Shown: positions 1 to 8,728 of the stretch, piece after piece
Numbering within the stretch: the stretch's first letter is position 1
Layout of the letters: each line of letters opens with the position of its first letter
Assembly: GCA_031409655.1 (NCBI GenBank)
Contig: JANNXQ010000213.1
Span: 1-48,117, forward strand
Direction: 5' to 3'
Length of the DNA: 48,117 bases
DNA from: Chthoniobacteraceae bacterium
Lineage (GTDB): Bacteria; Verrucomicrobiota; Verrucomicrobiia; Chthoniobacterales; Chthoniobacteraceae
The notes under the pieces: model-generated
What the model was told of the DNA's origin: nothing
What the model saw: only the letters and a program-made list of their open reading frames with translations
The model's database searches: none
Translations under genes and position numbers: made by a program

Positions 1-177
1 GCCGTTGAGCGCTCAGCACTCGGCATGTCTGCCGACAAACCCCTGCGCTTCGATTTCAAATGGACGGACAACATCCCCGCCAATGCCGAAGGAATGGACT
101 TCCTCGACCATTGCGACACCGCGCCCAACGCACGCTTCAACTTCCGCTACATCGCTCCCATCATTTATGAGCCGTGA
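1..177 (+). CDS. 3' end of a hypothetical protein (partial, runs off the window)
   Basis: Frame +1 open from base 1 to TGA 175-177: ...LRFDFKWTDNIP...DFLDHCDTAPNARFNFRY...; looks like a real protein C-terminus. Confidence 0.6.
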   Translation, partial: AVERSALGMSADKPLRFDFKWTDNIPANAEGMDFLDHCDTAPNARFNFRYIAPIIYEP

Positions 178-233
178 CTCCGTCCCTCGCACGGATGGAT
201 GGATTGAGCGCAGTTCCTCGTTACCATCCTGCC

Positions 234-1046
234 ATGAGCACGGCCTACTTCACACGACGCGACCTCTTTAAACTCGGTGCCGCTGCTGCGGCGGCGATCT
301 TTATCTCTGGTGCGCACGCAGCCAATCCCAAGACGCCGCTCACCCTCATGAATGAAATCGGGAAGGTGCTGTTCGCCGATGATTTTTCCTCGCCCACTCT
401 CGATGCCCGCTGGAAGCAACCGAAGGGGCAATGGCGGGTGGTGGATGGCACGCTCAAGGGATTGGAGATCGAGGCGCAGAAGTATGGGGCGCATACCAAG
501 ACGCAGCTCGCTTTTGGTCGCACTTCGGTGATCCGCTATCGGTTCAAAATGGCTGGGACGAAGAAGACCGGGATCAACATTGATGGAGCCAAGGGGCACA
601 TCTGCCGGGTGATCATCGAGCCGCATGGGTTCATCGTGCAGAAGAATGGTTCGTCCACCGATCCCTCCGATCCGGCGCGGCTTCTGGACGCCGCTGCTTT
701 CAATTTCAAGCCGGGCGAATGGTATGCGCTCACCGTGGAGTTCAACGGCGACACCGTGCTGGCCTGGATTGACGAGCAGCACTACGTCCTCGGCTCCGAT
801 CCGAAGCTTGATCAAGAGAAGACTTCCTTCGCGCTGGCCTGCCGGGGCGTGGAGGCGAAGGACGAGGCGACGTTTTTCGATGACGTGCAAGTGTGGGATG
901 CCGCGCCTCGCGCCGACTGGGCCGCGCGTAAGGCGAAGATGCTCACGCAACATGCGCCCGCGCCTCTGCCGCCCATCGCTGGGCCGGACCACTACAAAAA
1001 CGCGCAGGCCCAGCGTGCCAGAAAAGCCGCTGCCCCGGCAAAGTGA
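234..1046 (+). CDS. Tat-exported DUF1080/LamG-like beta-sandwich protein
   Basis: ATG 234; TRRDLFK twin-arginine signal plus AHA cleavage site; LFADDFS...W..VDG.L and W..LTVEF.GD motifs. Confidence 0.65.
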   Translation: MSTAYFTRRDLFKLGAAAAAAIFISGAHAANPKTPLTLMNEIGKVLFADDFSSPTLDARWKQPKGQWRVVDGTLKGLEIEAQKYGAHTKTQLAFGRTSVIRYRFKMAGTKKTGINIDGAKGHICRVIIEPHGFIVQKNGSSTDPSDPARLLDAAAFNFKPGEWYALTVEFNGDTVLAWIDEQHYVLGSDPKLDQEKTSFALACRGVEAKDEATFFDDVQVWDAAPRADWAARKAKMLTQHAPAPLPPIAGPDHYKNAQAQRARKAAAPAK

Positions 1047-1066
1047 GGCCGCACGAAAACCTGCCC

Positions 1067-3514
1067 ATGCTCTCGCACCGTTTTATTCTCATCTGCCTCG
1101 TGCTCGCTGCGCCAATCGCCGTCGCGGCGGACTCGTCGGCATTTCAGAAAGCCATCGCGCCGTTTCTGGAAACGCATTGCGCCGACTGCCATGACGACAC
1201 GACGCAGAAAGGGAACTTCCGCGTGGACATCCTCGCGCCAGACCTGGAGAAAGCCGACTCGTTGAAACACTGGGAAAAGGTTTTCGACCGCGTGGCGAGT
1301 GGGGAGATGCCGCCGAAGAAAAAAGCGCGTCCGCCGCTGAGCGAGTCGGCGGCTTTGCTCGGCTGGATCGAGACGCAGATGAAGGCTGAGGGCGAAAAAC
1401 GTCATGCCACCGAGGGACGTGCGCAACGCCGTCGGCTTAATCGCATTGAGTTTGAAAACACCCTGCGCGATCTGCTCGGCGCGGACATCCGCGTGGCCGC
1501 GCAGCTCCCCGAGGATGGCACCGCACACGGCTTCAGCACCGTGGACGAGGCGCTCACGCTCTCCGGTGTGCAGATGGAAAAATATCTGGAAGCCGTGGAC
1601 GCCGCGCTCGACACCGCGCTCGGAGGAACCCAGCCACCACCGAGCAAAATGCGGCGCTTCACTTACATGACGAAGGATAAGTCCGACCAGTTCGAGCGGG
1701 AACGCTTCGAGATTGGCAAGCGGCTCGGAAAGTCGGTGGCGATCTTTTCCTCCAATGACGCGAAGCCGCCGTGGGGCATTCGCGAGTTCAGCGCGCCCGC
1801 GCCGGGCCGCTATCGGATTCGCGTGAAGGCCAATGCGTATCAAAGCCGCGGCCAGCCCGTCGCCTTCCAGATCACGAGCGGCTTTTTCTTTTTGCTCAAA
1901 GGTGCCCCGACGCAACTCGTCGGCTATTACAGCGCGCCCGCCGGTACTCCGACCGTCATTGAGGCGGAGGCCTACATCCAGGCGACGCGCGACAGCTTTC
2001 AGATACTCCCGTTCGGCCTGCCGAAGATGAAGGTGCCGGGCGGGGTGAAGGAATACGCCGGCCCTGGGCTGGAGGTGCATTGGATCGAGATCGAAGGCCC
2101 GCTTGATGGAATGCAATGGCCGCCCGCCACCCGCGCCGCGCTGCTCGGCAACCTCGATCCGGCGAAGGCGACTGAAACCGATCTCCACCGGCTGCTGCGG
2201 GACTTCGCGCCACGCGCTTTTCGCCGTCCGGTCGCCGACGCCGACCTTGCACCGTATTTAGAAATCGCGTCGGCTCAGTTGAAAAAAGGCGCGTCCTTTG
2301 AGCAGGCGTTGCGCACCGGCTTCAAGGCCATCCTCGTCTCGCCGCACTGCCTCATGCTCGACAGCGCACCGGGACGGCTCGACGGCCACGCGCTCGCCTC
2401 GCGACTCTCCTACTTTCTCTGGAGCACGATGCCCGACGCGCCGCTGCTCGCCGCAGCATCCGCTGGCGAACTCACGAATCCGCAAAAGCTGCACGCGCAG
2501 GTCGAGCGGATGCTCGCGCATCCCAAAGCGAGCGCTTTCACGGAAAACTTCACCGCGCAATGGCTCGCGCTGAATACGATCGATGCCACGACCCCGGACA
2601 AGCAGCTTTACCCGGAGTTCGACGCGCTGCTGCAATTCTCCATGCTCCACGAGACGCGTGGCTTCTTCGACGAGGTGCTGCGGAATGATCTCAGCGTCCT
2701 GTCGTTCATTGATTCGGACTGGGCGATGGTGAACCAGCGGTTGGCCGAGCATTACAAGCTCTTCGCGAAAGATGGTGCGCCGCCAGTCGCCGCTGAGTAT
2801 TCATCAACCGTGGCAGCCAGCCCGCTGGTCGGCGGCCTCGACGTGCAGCGCATCGCGCTCCCGCTCGGCAGCCGACGCGGCGGTTTGCTCACGCAAGGTG
2901 CCGTGCTCAAGGTGAGCGCGAATGGCACCACCACTTCGCCCGTCGTGCGCGGCGTCTGGCTGCTCGAACGCCTCCTCGGCGCTCCGGTGCCTCCACCGCC
3001 GATGAATGTCGCCGCCATCGAGCCGGACATCCGCGGTGCCACGACGATCCGCGAAATGCTCGACAAACATCGCGCCGCCGAGCAATGCGCCAGTTGCCAC
3101 AACAAGATTGATCCGCCCGGCTACGCGCTGGAAAATTACGACGTGATCGGCGGCTACCGCGAGCGCTACCGCATCGTCGCCGCCGAAGATGAAGCTGCGA
3201 AGACAGCGCAGGGTAAGGGCAAGAAACCGCAGCTCCGTTTCAAGTCCGGCCCGGCTGTTGATCCCAGCGACAAGCTGCCAACTGGCGAGGCATTTCACAA
3301 CATGGAGGAATTCAAGCGGCTCATGCTCACGCGCCCCGAACCGATCGTGCGCGGTCTCACGGAACGGCTGCTGATTTACTCCACCGGCCATGGCATCGAG
3401 TTCGCCGACCGCGCCGCCGTCTCCGCTATCGTCGGCGATGCGCAGCAGAAAAACTACGGTTTCCGCTCGCTCATCCATGCCGTGGTGCAGAGCGAGACAT
3501 TCCTCAACAAATGA
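1067..3514 (+). CDS. DUF1592/DUF1588 family protein with planctomycete-type cytochrome c domain
   Basis: Signal peptide, CADCH and CASCH heme motifs, RRLNRIEFENTLRDLLG, LASRLSYFLWS, TSPVVRGVW. Confidence 0.9.
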   Translation: MLSHRFILICLVLAAPIAVAADSSAFQKAIAPFLETHCADCHDDTTQKGNFRVDILAPDLEKADSLKHWEKVFDRVASGEMPPKKKARPPLSESAALLGWIETQMKAEGEKRHATEGRAQRRRLNRIEFENTLRDLLGADIRVAAQLPEDGTAHGFSTVDEALTLSGVQMEKYLEAVDAALDTALGGTQPPPSKMRRFTYMTKDKSDQFERERFEIGKRLGKSVAIFSSNDAKPPWGIREFSAPAPGRYRIRVKANAYQSRGQPVAFQITSGFFFLLKGAPTQLVGYYSAPAGTPTVIEAEAYIQATRDSFQILPFGLPKMKVPGGVKEYAGPGLEVHWIEIEGPLDGMQWPPATRAALLGNLDPAKATETDLHRLLRDFAPRAFRRPVADADLAPYLEIASAQLKKGASFEQALRTGFKAILVSPHCLMLDSAPGRLDGHALASRLSYFLWSTMPDAPLLAAASAGELTNPQKLHAQVERMLAHPKASAFTENFTAQWLALNTIDATTPDKQLYPEFDALLQFSMLHETRGFFDEVLRNDLSVLSFIDSDWAMVNQRLAEHYKLFAKDGAPPVAAEYSSTVAASPLVGGLDVQRIALPLGSRRGGLLTQGAVLKVSANGTTTSPVVRGVWLLERLLGAPVPPPPMNVAAIEPDIRGATTIREMLDKHRAAEQCASCHNKIDPPGYALENYDVIGGYRERYRIVAAEDEAAKTAQGKGKKPQLRFKSGPAVDPSDKLPTGEAFHNMEEFKRLMLTRPEPIVRGLTERLLIYSTGHGIEFADRAAVSAIVGDAQQKNYGFRSLIHAVVQSETFLNK

Positions 3515-3518
3515 CCCC

Positions 3519-4793
3519 ATGAAGACTTCACTTACCCGCCGCTCCTTCCTTCGCGCCGCAGGCTCCACGCTCGCGCTGCCCTTGCTTGAATCGCTGCTGC
3601 CGCGCGGAGCCTTCGCCGCCGCTGCGAGCGGGCCGCGTCGCATGGTCTGCATCTGCACCACGCTCGGCATCAACGCGGAAAACATCTTCCCGAAAGCGAC
3701 CGGGCGCGGTTACGAGCTAACGCCGTATCTCGTGCCGTTGCGCGAGCTGCGCGATGATTTCACCCTCTTCTCCGGCGTCGCGCATCCCGAGGTGGATGGC
3801 GGCCATTCGAGCGAGGTGACTTTTCTCAGCGCCGCGCCGCATCCAAAGTCACCGGGATTCAAGAACAGTATTTCGCTCGATCAATTCCTGCTCGAAAAAC
3901 AGCCCGCCACGACGCGCTATGCGAACCTCAACCTCACGACCTCCAACCTCCAGGAGAGCCTGTCCGTCTCGCGCACCGGCGTGATGCTGCCTGCCGGCGA
4001 CAAGCCGTCGGTGGTCTTTCGGCGGCTCTTCGTCAACGGCACGCCCGCTGAAGTCGCGGCGCAGACGCACCGGCTCGCCGAAGGCCGCAGCATCATGGAC
4101 CTCATGGGCGAGGAAGCGCGCCGCCTGCAGCGCCGCGTGAGCGCGCACGACGGCCAGCGGCTGGACGAGTATTTCACGAGCGTGCGCGAGGTCGAGCAGC
4201 GCCTCCACCAGTCGCAGCAATGGGCCGCGAAGCCGAAGCCGTCCGTCGCCGCCGCGCCGCCCGTGGACATTCCTGGCACCGCCGACTTCGCGGGCCAGAC
4301 GCGGCTGATGTTCGACCTCATGCAACTCGCGCTCGCGAACGATTCCACGCGCGTCATCACCTTCCGCATCCAGGGTCAGCAGGCTGTGCCACCGCTGCCT
4401 GGTGTGAAGGAAGGCTGGCACAACCTCTCCCATCACGGCAAAGACCCGGAGAAACTGGAGCAACTGCACGTCATTGAGCTTGAGCAAATGAAGCTGCTTG
4501 CCGGCTTCCTCGCGAAGCTGAAAGCCACGCAGGAGAACGGCGATTCATTGCTCAACCACACCTCCGTCCTCTACGGCTCAAACCTCGGCAACGCCTCCAG
4601 CCACGACACAACAAACCTGCCCGTGATCCTCGCCGGCGGCGGCTTCCAGCACGGCCAATACCTCGCCTACGACGCGAAGGACAATCAACCGCTCTGCAAT
4701 CTCTACGTCGCCATGCTCCGCCAGCACGGCATTGACGCGAGCAAGTTCGCATCGAGCAAAGCCACGAGCCTGCCGGGATTTCAGGGCGTCTAG
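3519..4793 (+). CDS. DUF1552 family protein (Tat signal)
   Basis: TRRSFLR..G..LALPLLESL, HNLSHHG, NLPVILAGG; usual partner of DUF1592. Confidence 0.9.
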   Translation: MKTSLTRRSFLRAAGSTLALPLLESLLPRGAFAAAASGPRRMVCICTTLGINAENIFPKATGRGYELTPYLVPLRELRDDFTLFSGVAHPEVDGGHSSEVTFLSAAPHPKSPGFKNSISLDQFLLEKQPATTRYANLNLTTSNLQESLSVSRTGVMLPAGDKPSVVFRRLFVNGTPAEVAAQTHRLAEGRSIMDLMGEEARRLQRRVSAHDGQRLDEYFTSVREVEQRLHQSQQWAAKPKPSVAAAPPVDIPGTADFAGQTRLMFDLMQLALANDSTRVITFRIQGQQAVPPLPGVKEGWHNLSHHGKDPEKLEQLHVIELEQMKLLAGFLAKLKATQENGDSLLNHTSVLYGSNLGNASSHDTTNLPVILAGGGFQHGQYLAYDAKDNQPLCNLYVAMLRQHGIDASKFASSKATSLPGFQGV

Positions 4794-4830
4794 CTGCATC
4801 TCATGACACGCATCTAGACCACCCTCTACA

Positions 4831-5595
4831 ATGGCGCTTTCATCGACCGCGACGGCATCGGCACGAAGGAATCGAAGACGGGGCGGCTGGATTAACCTCG
4901 CTGTTGAAACGCGACGGCTGGGTGCATGTTTATCGCACGGCGCGCGTATCAAGGAACTTGTCCGCGACGGTGATATGCTCCGCGGAGTCGTTTTTGAACA
5001 GGACGGCCGTGAGACTTTTCTTCGCTGCCGGCATTGCGTAGTGGCACTGGGCGGCTGGGGAGCGGAGCTTCTACGGGCGATTGACGTCGAGCTTCCAGTC
5101 CGCCGTTGGAAGAGTAACATCGCTACCGTCGAAGGTGAACTGGTGCCTCGCATCACCGCCTGGCTCGACGCCCCGTTTCTCACGGCCGTTCCCTTCCAAG
5201 GCCAAACCCTTATCGCCGATACTCGCCGTGTCCTGGTTACTTCCGGTGATGACGCGACTCCGGTCGAATCAAACCTTGAGTTGCTTCGCCATGATGCCGT
5301 TGCGAATCTACCGTTTCTGCGTTGGAGCGATCTCAAGATCGCTCGCGTGCATGCTGCCATCAAAACTGAGTTTGCGGTTGGATCAGGTGGCAATCAGGAT
5401 TTTGCAGTTTTTCAGAAAGCGGATCATGGGGTCGAGGGGTTGACGGTGGCGCTCCCCGGCAAGGCCAGCCTCATGTTTGCCCTTGCCCGGCAAGTGGCCG
5501 ACCAAGTCGAGGCTAGCCTCGCTGCGAGGCATGAATGCCGTGATCTTGTAAACGATACTGCCCGTCGTCATAATTTGGGAAAATATCCGGGTTAG
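4831..5595 (+). pseudogene. FAD-dependent oxidoreductase C-terminal fragment
   Basis: VVALGGWG and PGKASLMFALA motifs but no N-terminal GxGxxG; its stop lies inside the IS630 left end. Confidence 0.5.
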
Positions 5596-6708
5596 ATATG
5601 AGCGCATGAAGGGCGAATATGTTCGCATTAGTTTTGTATGAGGCACTAAGTTAAGGGATGACTAAGCTAGCTCTTACGGAGTCGGAACTCGAAGACATCG
5701 CCGAAGCATTGGATAGTCCGGAGGTGATGGAGAAGTTCAAGGTCAAGCTGCTGGTCTTGCGCATGCATCACGAAGGAGTCGAGCATGGGATCATCGCTCG
5801 GGCGGTGAGTAAGCATCCCAACACCATTACAAGCTATCTCAAGGAATACGCCGAGGGCGGACTCATCGCCTCACTCGAGGATCGGGCCTATAAGCCGAGC
5901 AGCACTTTGCAGCCTTTCATGACGTGCCTGCGCTGCTCTTTCACGGTGGCGGCGCCTTCCACGGTCAAACACGCCGTCGCGCGCATCGCTGCGCTCACCG
6001 CAATTACGGTCTCCGAAGAGCAAGCGCGGCGCTTGATGAAACGGCTCGGCATGCGCTATCGCAAGAGTGGCTCGATTCCCGGCAAGTCCGATCCGCAGCA
6101 ACAGTTTGATTTTCTTCGCAACGAACTGGAACCGCGGCTCATCGAAGCGGCGCATGGCCGGCGGAAGGTCTTCTTTGTCGATGCGGCGCACTTTGTTCTC
6201 GGCTGCTTTTTGGGAATGATCTGGAGCTTCAAGCGCCTCTTCATCAAGGGCGCCTCTGGCCGGCAACGCTATAACGTCCTTGGCGCTGTGGATAGCCACA
6301 GCAAAGAGGTCATGACGGTGCGCACGACGGACAATATCAATGCACTCACCATCTGCCAACTTCTCGAGATGCTTGCCACGAAGCACTCAGAGATTCCCGT
6401 CACCATTGTCTTGGACAATGCACGCTACCAGCGATGCGAATGCGTCAGAACACGGGCCGCTGAACTCGGCGTGGAGCTTCTCTTCCTCCCCGCCTACTCG
6501 CCCAACCTCAATCTGATTGAAAGACTTTGGAAACTCACGAAAACAAAATGTCTTCGCAATAGATACTATCCCGAGTTCTCGCTCTTCACCTCTGCCATTG
6601 ACTCATTCCTCGACTCGATCAACTCCTCTTATCAAAAGGAACTCGAATCCTTACTTACCCTCAACTTTCAACTCTTCAGCAAATCCTGATTTATGCAGGC
6701 GGGGAGTA
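5556..6708 (+). mobile_element. IS630-family insertion sequence
   Basis: TA at 5556-57 and 6707-08; imperfect terminal IRs TACTGCCCGTCGTCATAATTTGGGA vs revcomp TACTCCCCGCCTGCATAAATCAGGA (18/25 match). Confidence 0.8.
5658..6689 (+). CDS. IS630-family DDE transposase
   Basis: N-terminal HTH; FFVDAAHF, VLDNARYQ, LPAYSPNLNLIERLW motifs. Confidence 0.95.
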   Translation: MTKLALTESELEDIAEALDSPEVMEKFKVKLLVLRMHHEGVEHGIIARAVSKHPNTITSYLKEYAEGGLIASLEDRAYKPSSTLQPFMTCLRCSFTVAAPSTVKHAVARIAALTAITVSEEQARRLMKRLGMRYRKSGSIPGKSDPQQQFDFLRNELEPRLIEAAHGRRKVFFVDAAHFVLGCFLGMIWSFKRLFIKGASGRQRYNVLGAVDSHSKEVMTVRTTDNINALTICQLLEMLATKHSEIPVTIVLDNARYQRCECVRTRAAELGVELLFLPAYSPNLNLIERLWKLTKTKCLRNRYYPEFSLFTSAIDSFLDSINSSYQKELESLLTLNFQLFSKS

Positions 6709-6744
6709 AAGATCAGACCGGGGCAGCACCGGTAGCCGGCTCCA
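6709..6744 (+). pseudogene. 3' remnant of a tRNA (U73 + CCA) adjoining the IS630 end
   Basis: T-arm-like ACCGG-GGCAGCA-CCGGT followed by AGCCGGC-T-CCA; no 5' half found. Confidence 0.5.
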
Positions 6745-6749
6745 CTTCT

Positions 6750-6825
6750 AGCCCTGTAGCTCAATCAGCGGAGCGCCCGGCTTTGAATCGGGAGGTTGAT
6801 GGTGCGAATCCATCCGGGTCCGCCA
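6750..6825 (+). tRNA. tRNA-Gln(UUG), atypical
   Basis: Anticodon arm CCCGG-ctTTGaa-TCGGG; T-loop TGCGAAT; CCA encoded; mismatched acceptor stem. Confidence 0.75.
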
Positions 6826-6856
6826 CTCATCGCCGCGCACAGCGCGCGGCATTCAC

Positions 6857-6931
6857 GCGCCGGTAGATCACTAGCAGATCGCCGCACCGACATTGCGGAG
6901 GCAGGCGGGACAGAACCGCCCCGGCGCACCA
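6857..6931 (+). tRNA. tRNA-Val(GAC), atypical
   Basis: Perfect acceptor GCGCCGG/CCGGCGC, A73, CCA; CCGCA-ccGACat-TGCGG (C33); T-loop GACAGAA. Confidence 0.75.
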
Positions 6932-6941
6932 TTTCCTCAAG

Positions 6942-7017
6942 GCTCCCGTAGCTCAATGTATAGAGCACCGCGCTTCGAACGCGGAGGTTGCAGGCGAAAT
7001 TCCTGCCGGGAGCACCA
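6942..7017 (+). tRNA. tRNA-Arg(UCG), atypical
   Basis: GCTCCCG/CGGGAGC acceptor; CCGCG-ctTCGaa-CGCGG; T-loop CGAAATT; CCA. Confidence 0.85.
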
Positions 7018-7025
7018 CTCATTTT

Positions 7026-7100
7026 CCCGGCGTAGCCCAATGCAGAGGCAACGAGCTCAGACCTCGTCCAGTGCGGGTGCAAGTCCTGCCGCCGGGACCA
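7026..7100 (+). tRNA. tRNA-Leu(CAG), short variable loop
   Basis: CCCGGCG/CGCCGGG; ACGAG-ctCAGac-CTCGT; 5-nt variable loop; T-loop TGCAAGT; A73 + CCA. Confidence 0.85.
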
Positions 7101-7104
7101 TTTC

Positions 7105-7177
7105 GCTCTCGTAGCCCAACAGCAGAGGCAGCGGACTTAAACCCCGCGCAGTGTCGGTGCGAATCCGACCGGGAGCA
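7105..7177 (+). tRNA. tRNA-Leu(UAA), short variable loop
   Basis: GCTCTCG/CGGGAGC; GCGGA-ctTAAac-CCCGC; T-loop TGCGAAT; A73; no encoded CCA. Confidence 0.8.
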
Positions 7178-7186
7178 TTTTTCAAC

Positions 7187-7262
7187 GCCCACGTAGTCCA
7201 ACAGCAGAGACGTCCGCCTCAAAAGCGGAACAGTGCGAGTGCAACTCTCGCCGCGGGCACCA
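7187..7262 (+). tRNA. tRNA-Leu(CAA), short variable loop
   Basis: GCCCACG/CGCGGGC; TCCGC-ctCAAaa-GCGGA; T-loop TGCAACT; A73 + CCA. Confidence 0.85.
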
Positions 7263-7264
7263 AT

Positions 7265-7357
7265 GGAACGTGAACCGGACAAGCGAGCCGGGACTCTTTG
7301 CTAAAGAGATCGTTGCGCATTTCGCGTGATGGGGAGCATGCCCTCCGCGTTCCGCCA
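7265..7357 (+). tRNA. tRNA-Ser(GCU), atypical, long variable arm
   Basis: GGAACGT/GCGTTCC acceptor, G73, CCA; CTCT-ttGCTaa-AGAG; long variable arm; divergent D and T arms. Confidence 0.75.
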
Positions 7358-7368
7358 TTTCATCAAAC

Positions 7369-7444
7369 GCCCGTGAATGCAAAGAGCCGAGCCCCCGGTC
7401 TTTCAAGCCGGACCTAGTGGGTGCGAGTCCCACCACGGGTGCCA
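7369..7444 (+). tRNA. tRNA-Glu(UUC), atypical
   Basis: GCCCGTG/CACGGGT; CCGGT-ctTTCaa-GCCGG; T-loop TGCGAGT; G73 + CCA. Confidence 0.8.
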
Positions 7445-7456
7445 TTTCACAACAAC

Positions 7457-7533
7457 GGTCGCGTAGCCCAACTGGAAGAGGCACGGCGTCGAGAACGCCG
7501 CGAGTGCTGGTTCAAATCCAGCCGCGACTACCA
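7457..7533 (+). tRNA. tRNA-Leu(GAG), short variable loop
   Basis: GGTCGCG/CGCGACT; CGGCG-tcGAGaa-CGCCG (C33); canonical TTCAAAT T-loop and D-loop GG; A73 + CCA. Confidence 0.85.
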
Positions 7534-7537
7534 TTTA

Positions 7538-7609
7538 GAACCCGAAGCTTTGATAGCGAAGCCGCCGCCTTTTAAGCGGCTCAGGAGGGTGCAAGTCCCT
7601 ACGGGTTTA
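7538..7609 (+). tRNA. tRNA-Lys(UUU), atypical
   Basis: GAACCCG/CGGGTTT; GCCGC-ctTTTaa-GCGGC; T-loop TGCAAGT; A73; no CCA. Confidence 0.75.
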
Positions 7610-7617
7610 TTTCCTTT

Positions 7618-7844
7618 CCGCCGGGTTCGCCATCGCAGCCGCACGGCATCGCCGCACGCGGTTCTGCACATCGGCTCACCGGCGGCTCACCAGGTAATCG
7701 GCCTAAAAACCGAGATTGGGTTCAAGTCCCACAAAACCGATCCACGGCGGTGACCCGCGCGCAAGCGCACTCGCGACGCAGCCTGCGCAGCCAACCGAAA
7801 GGTCACACTGCCCGCTGCCGAACGGTGGCCGCCGCCGTGGATCG
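7618..7844 (+). ncRNA. Unclassified structured RNA following the tRNA array
   Basis: Long irregular hairpin 7618-7685; tRNA-like T-arm TGGG-TTCAAGT-CCCA near 7717-7731; perfect 13-bp stem 7738-7750/7832-7844 closing several small hairpins, two with GNRA loops. Confidence 0.5.
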
Positions 7845-7873
7845 CATCTTTCAACCAACAACCAACCAACACC

Positions 7874-8671
7874 ATGACCACCGAACAGATCCTCATTCTC
7901 ATCCTCGCGGTCGCCGGCTTCGTCGTGGCGAACTTTGTCCGCGCCCGCTACCGCCACGAGTTCATCGTGAACGAAGGCTTCGCGGGCCTGCTCTACCATG
8001 AGGGTAAGCTCATCGAATCACTCGCCGCGGGCCGCCACGTCCGCTGGGGTAAGAACTTCCGCGTCGCGCTCGTCGATACGCGCAAGACGCTGCTCCAGGT
8101 CGCCGGCCAGGGAGTGCTCAGCGCCGATAACGTCGGCGTAAAGCTCAGCATCGTGCTCACCGCGCAGATCGTTGATGCCGCGAAGAGCGTGCAGGCCGCG
8201 GACAACCACGCGGCGCACATCTACAGCGCAACGCAGACGGCCGTCCGCACCGTCGTCGCCGGTGTCACGATGGAAGCGCTGCTCACCCAGCGCGTCGCCA
8301 TCGGCGCGCAGCTCGGCGAACTCATCGCGCCGCAGGCCGAAGCCGTCGGCGTGCAAGTTCATGCGGTCGAGGTGCGCGACGTGATGCTGCCAGGCGAACT
8401 GCGCAAGGCCTTCAGCGAAGTGCTCAAGGCCAAGCAGGAAGGCCAGGCCGCGCTCGAACGCGCCCGCGGTGAATCTGCCGCGCTGCGCAACCTCGCGAAC
8501 GCGGCGCGCCTCATCGAAGGCCAACCGGCGCTCGCGACACTCCGCTTCCTGCAAACGCTCGAAGCGTCCAATGCGGGCCAGACGTTCGTGATGAACGACC
8601 TCTCGGCCCTGCTCCCGTCGCTCAGCTCGCGTGGCGCCAGGCCGTCCACGCCTGAGCCGGGAGAAACGTAA
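7874..8671 (+). CDS. SPFH/band-7 (slipin-like) protein
   Basis: N-terminal TM helix; LSADNVGVKLS, EVRDVMLPGELR, ALERARGESAALRNLANAAR. Confidence 0.9.
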   Translation: MTTEQILILILAVAGFVVANFVRARYRHEFIVNEGFAGLLYHEGKLIESLAAGRHVRWGKNFRVALVDTRKTLLQVAGQGVLSADNVGVKLSIVLTAQIVDAAKSVQAADNHAAHIYSATQTAVRTVVAGVTMEALLTQRVAIGAQLGELIAPQAEAVGVQVHAVEVRDVMLPGELRKAFSEVLKAKQEGQAALERARGESAALRNLANAARLIEGQPALATLRFLQTLEASNAGQTFVMNDLSALLPSLSSRGARPSTPEPGET

Positions 8672-8698
8672 ACCAAAGCTGTGAGGGGGAAACACAAA

Positions 8699-8728
8699 GC
8701 CCCGGCGGGGATTCGTCTCCGCCGGGGT
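8699..8728 (+). terminator. GC-rich hairpin (UUCG loop) after the SPFH gene
   Basis: GCCCCGGCGGGGA-TTCG-TCTCCGCCGGGGT; weak U-tract. Confidence 0.45.

Noticed and set aside
5541..6716. IS630 inserted in a tRNA anticodon loop (TGATCTT / AAGATCA flanks pair)
   Set aside because: The rejoined loop would be 10 nt and no 5' acceptor strand complementary to AGCCGGC exists upstream; probably chance.
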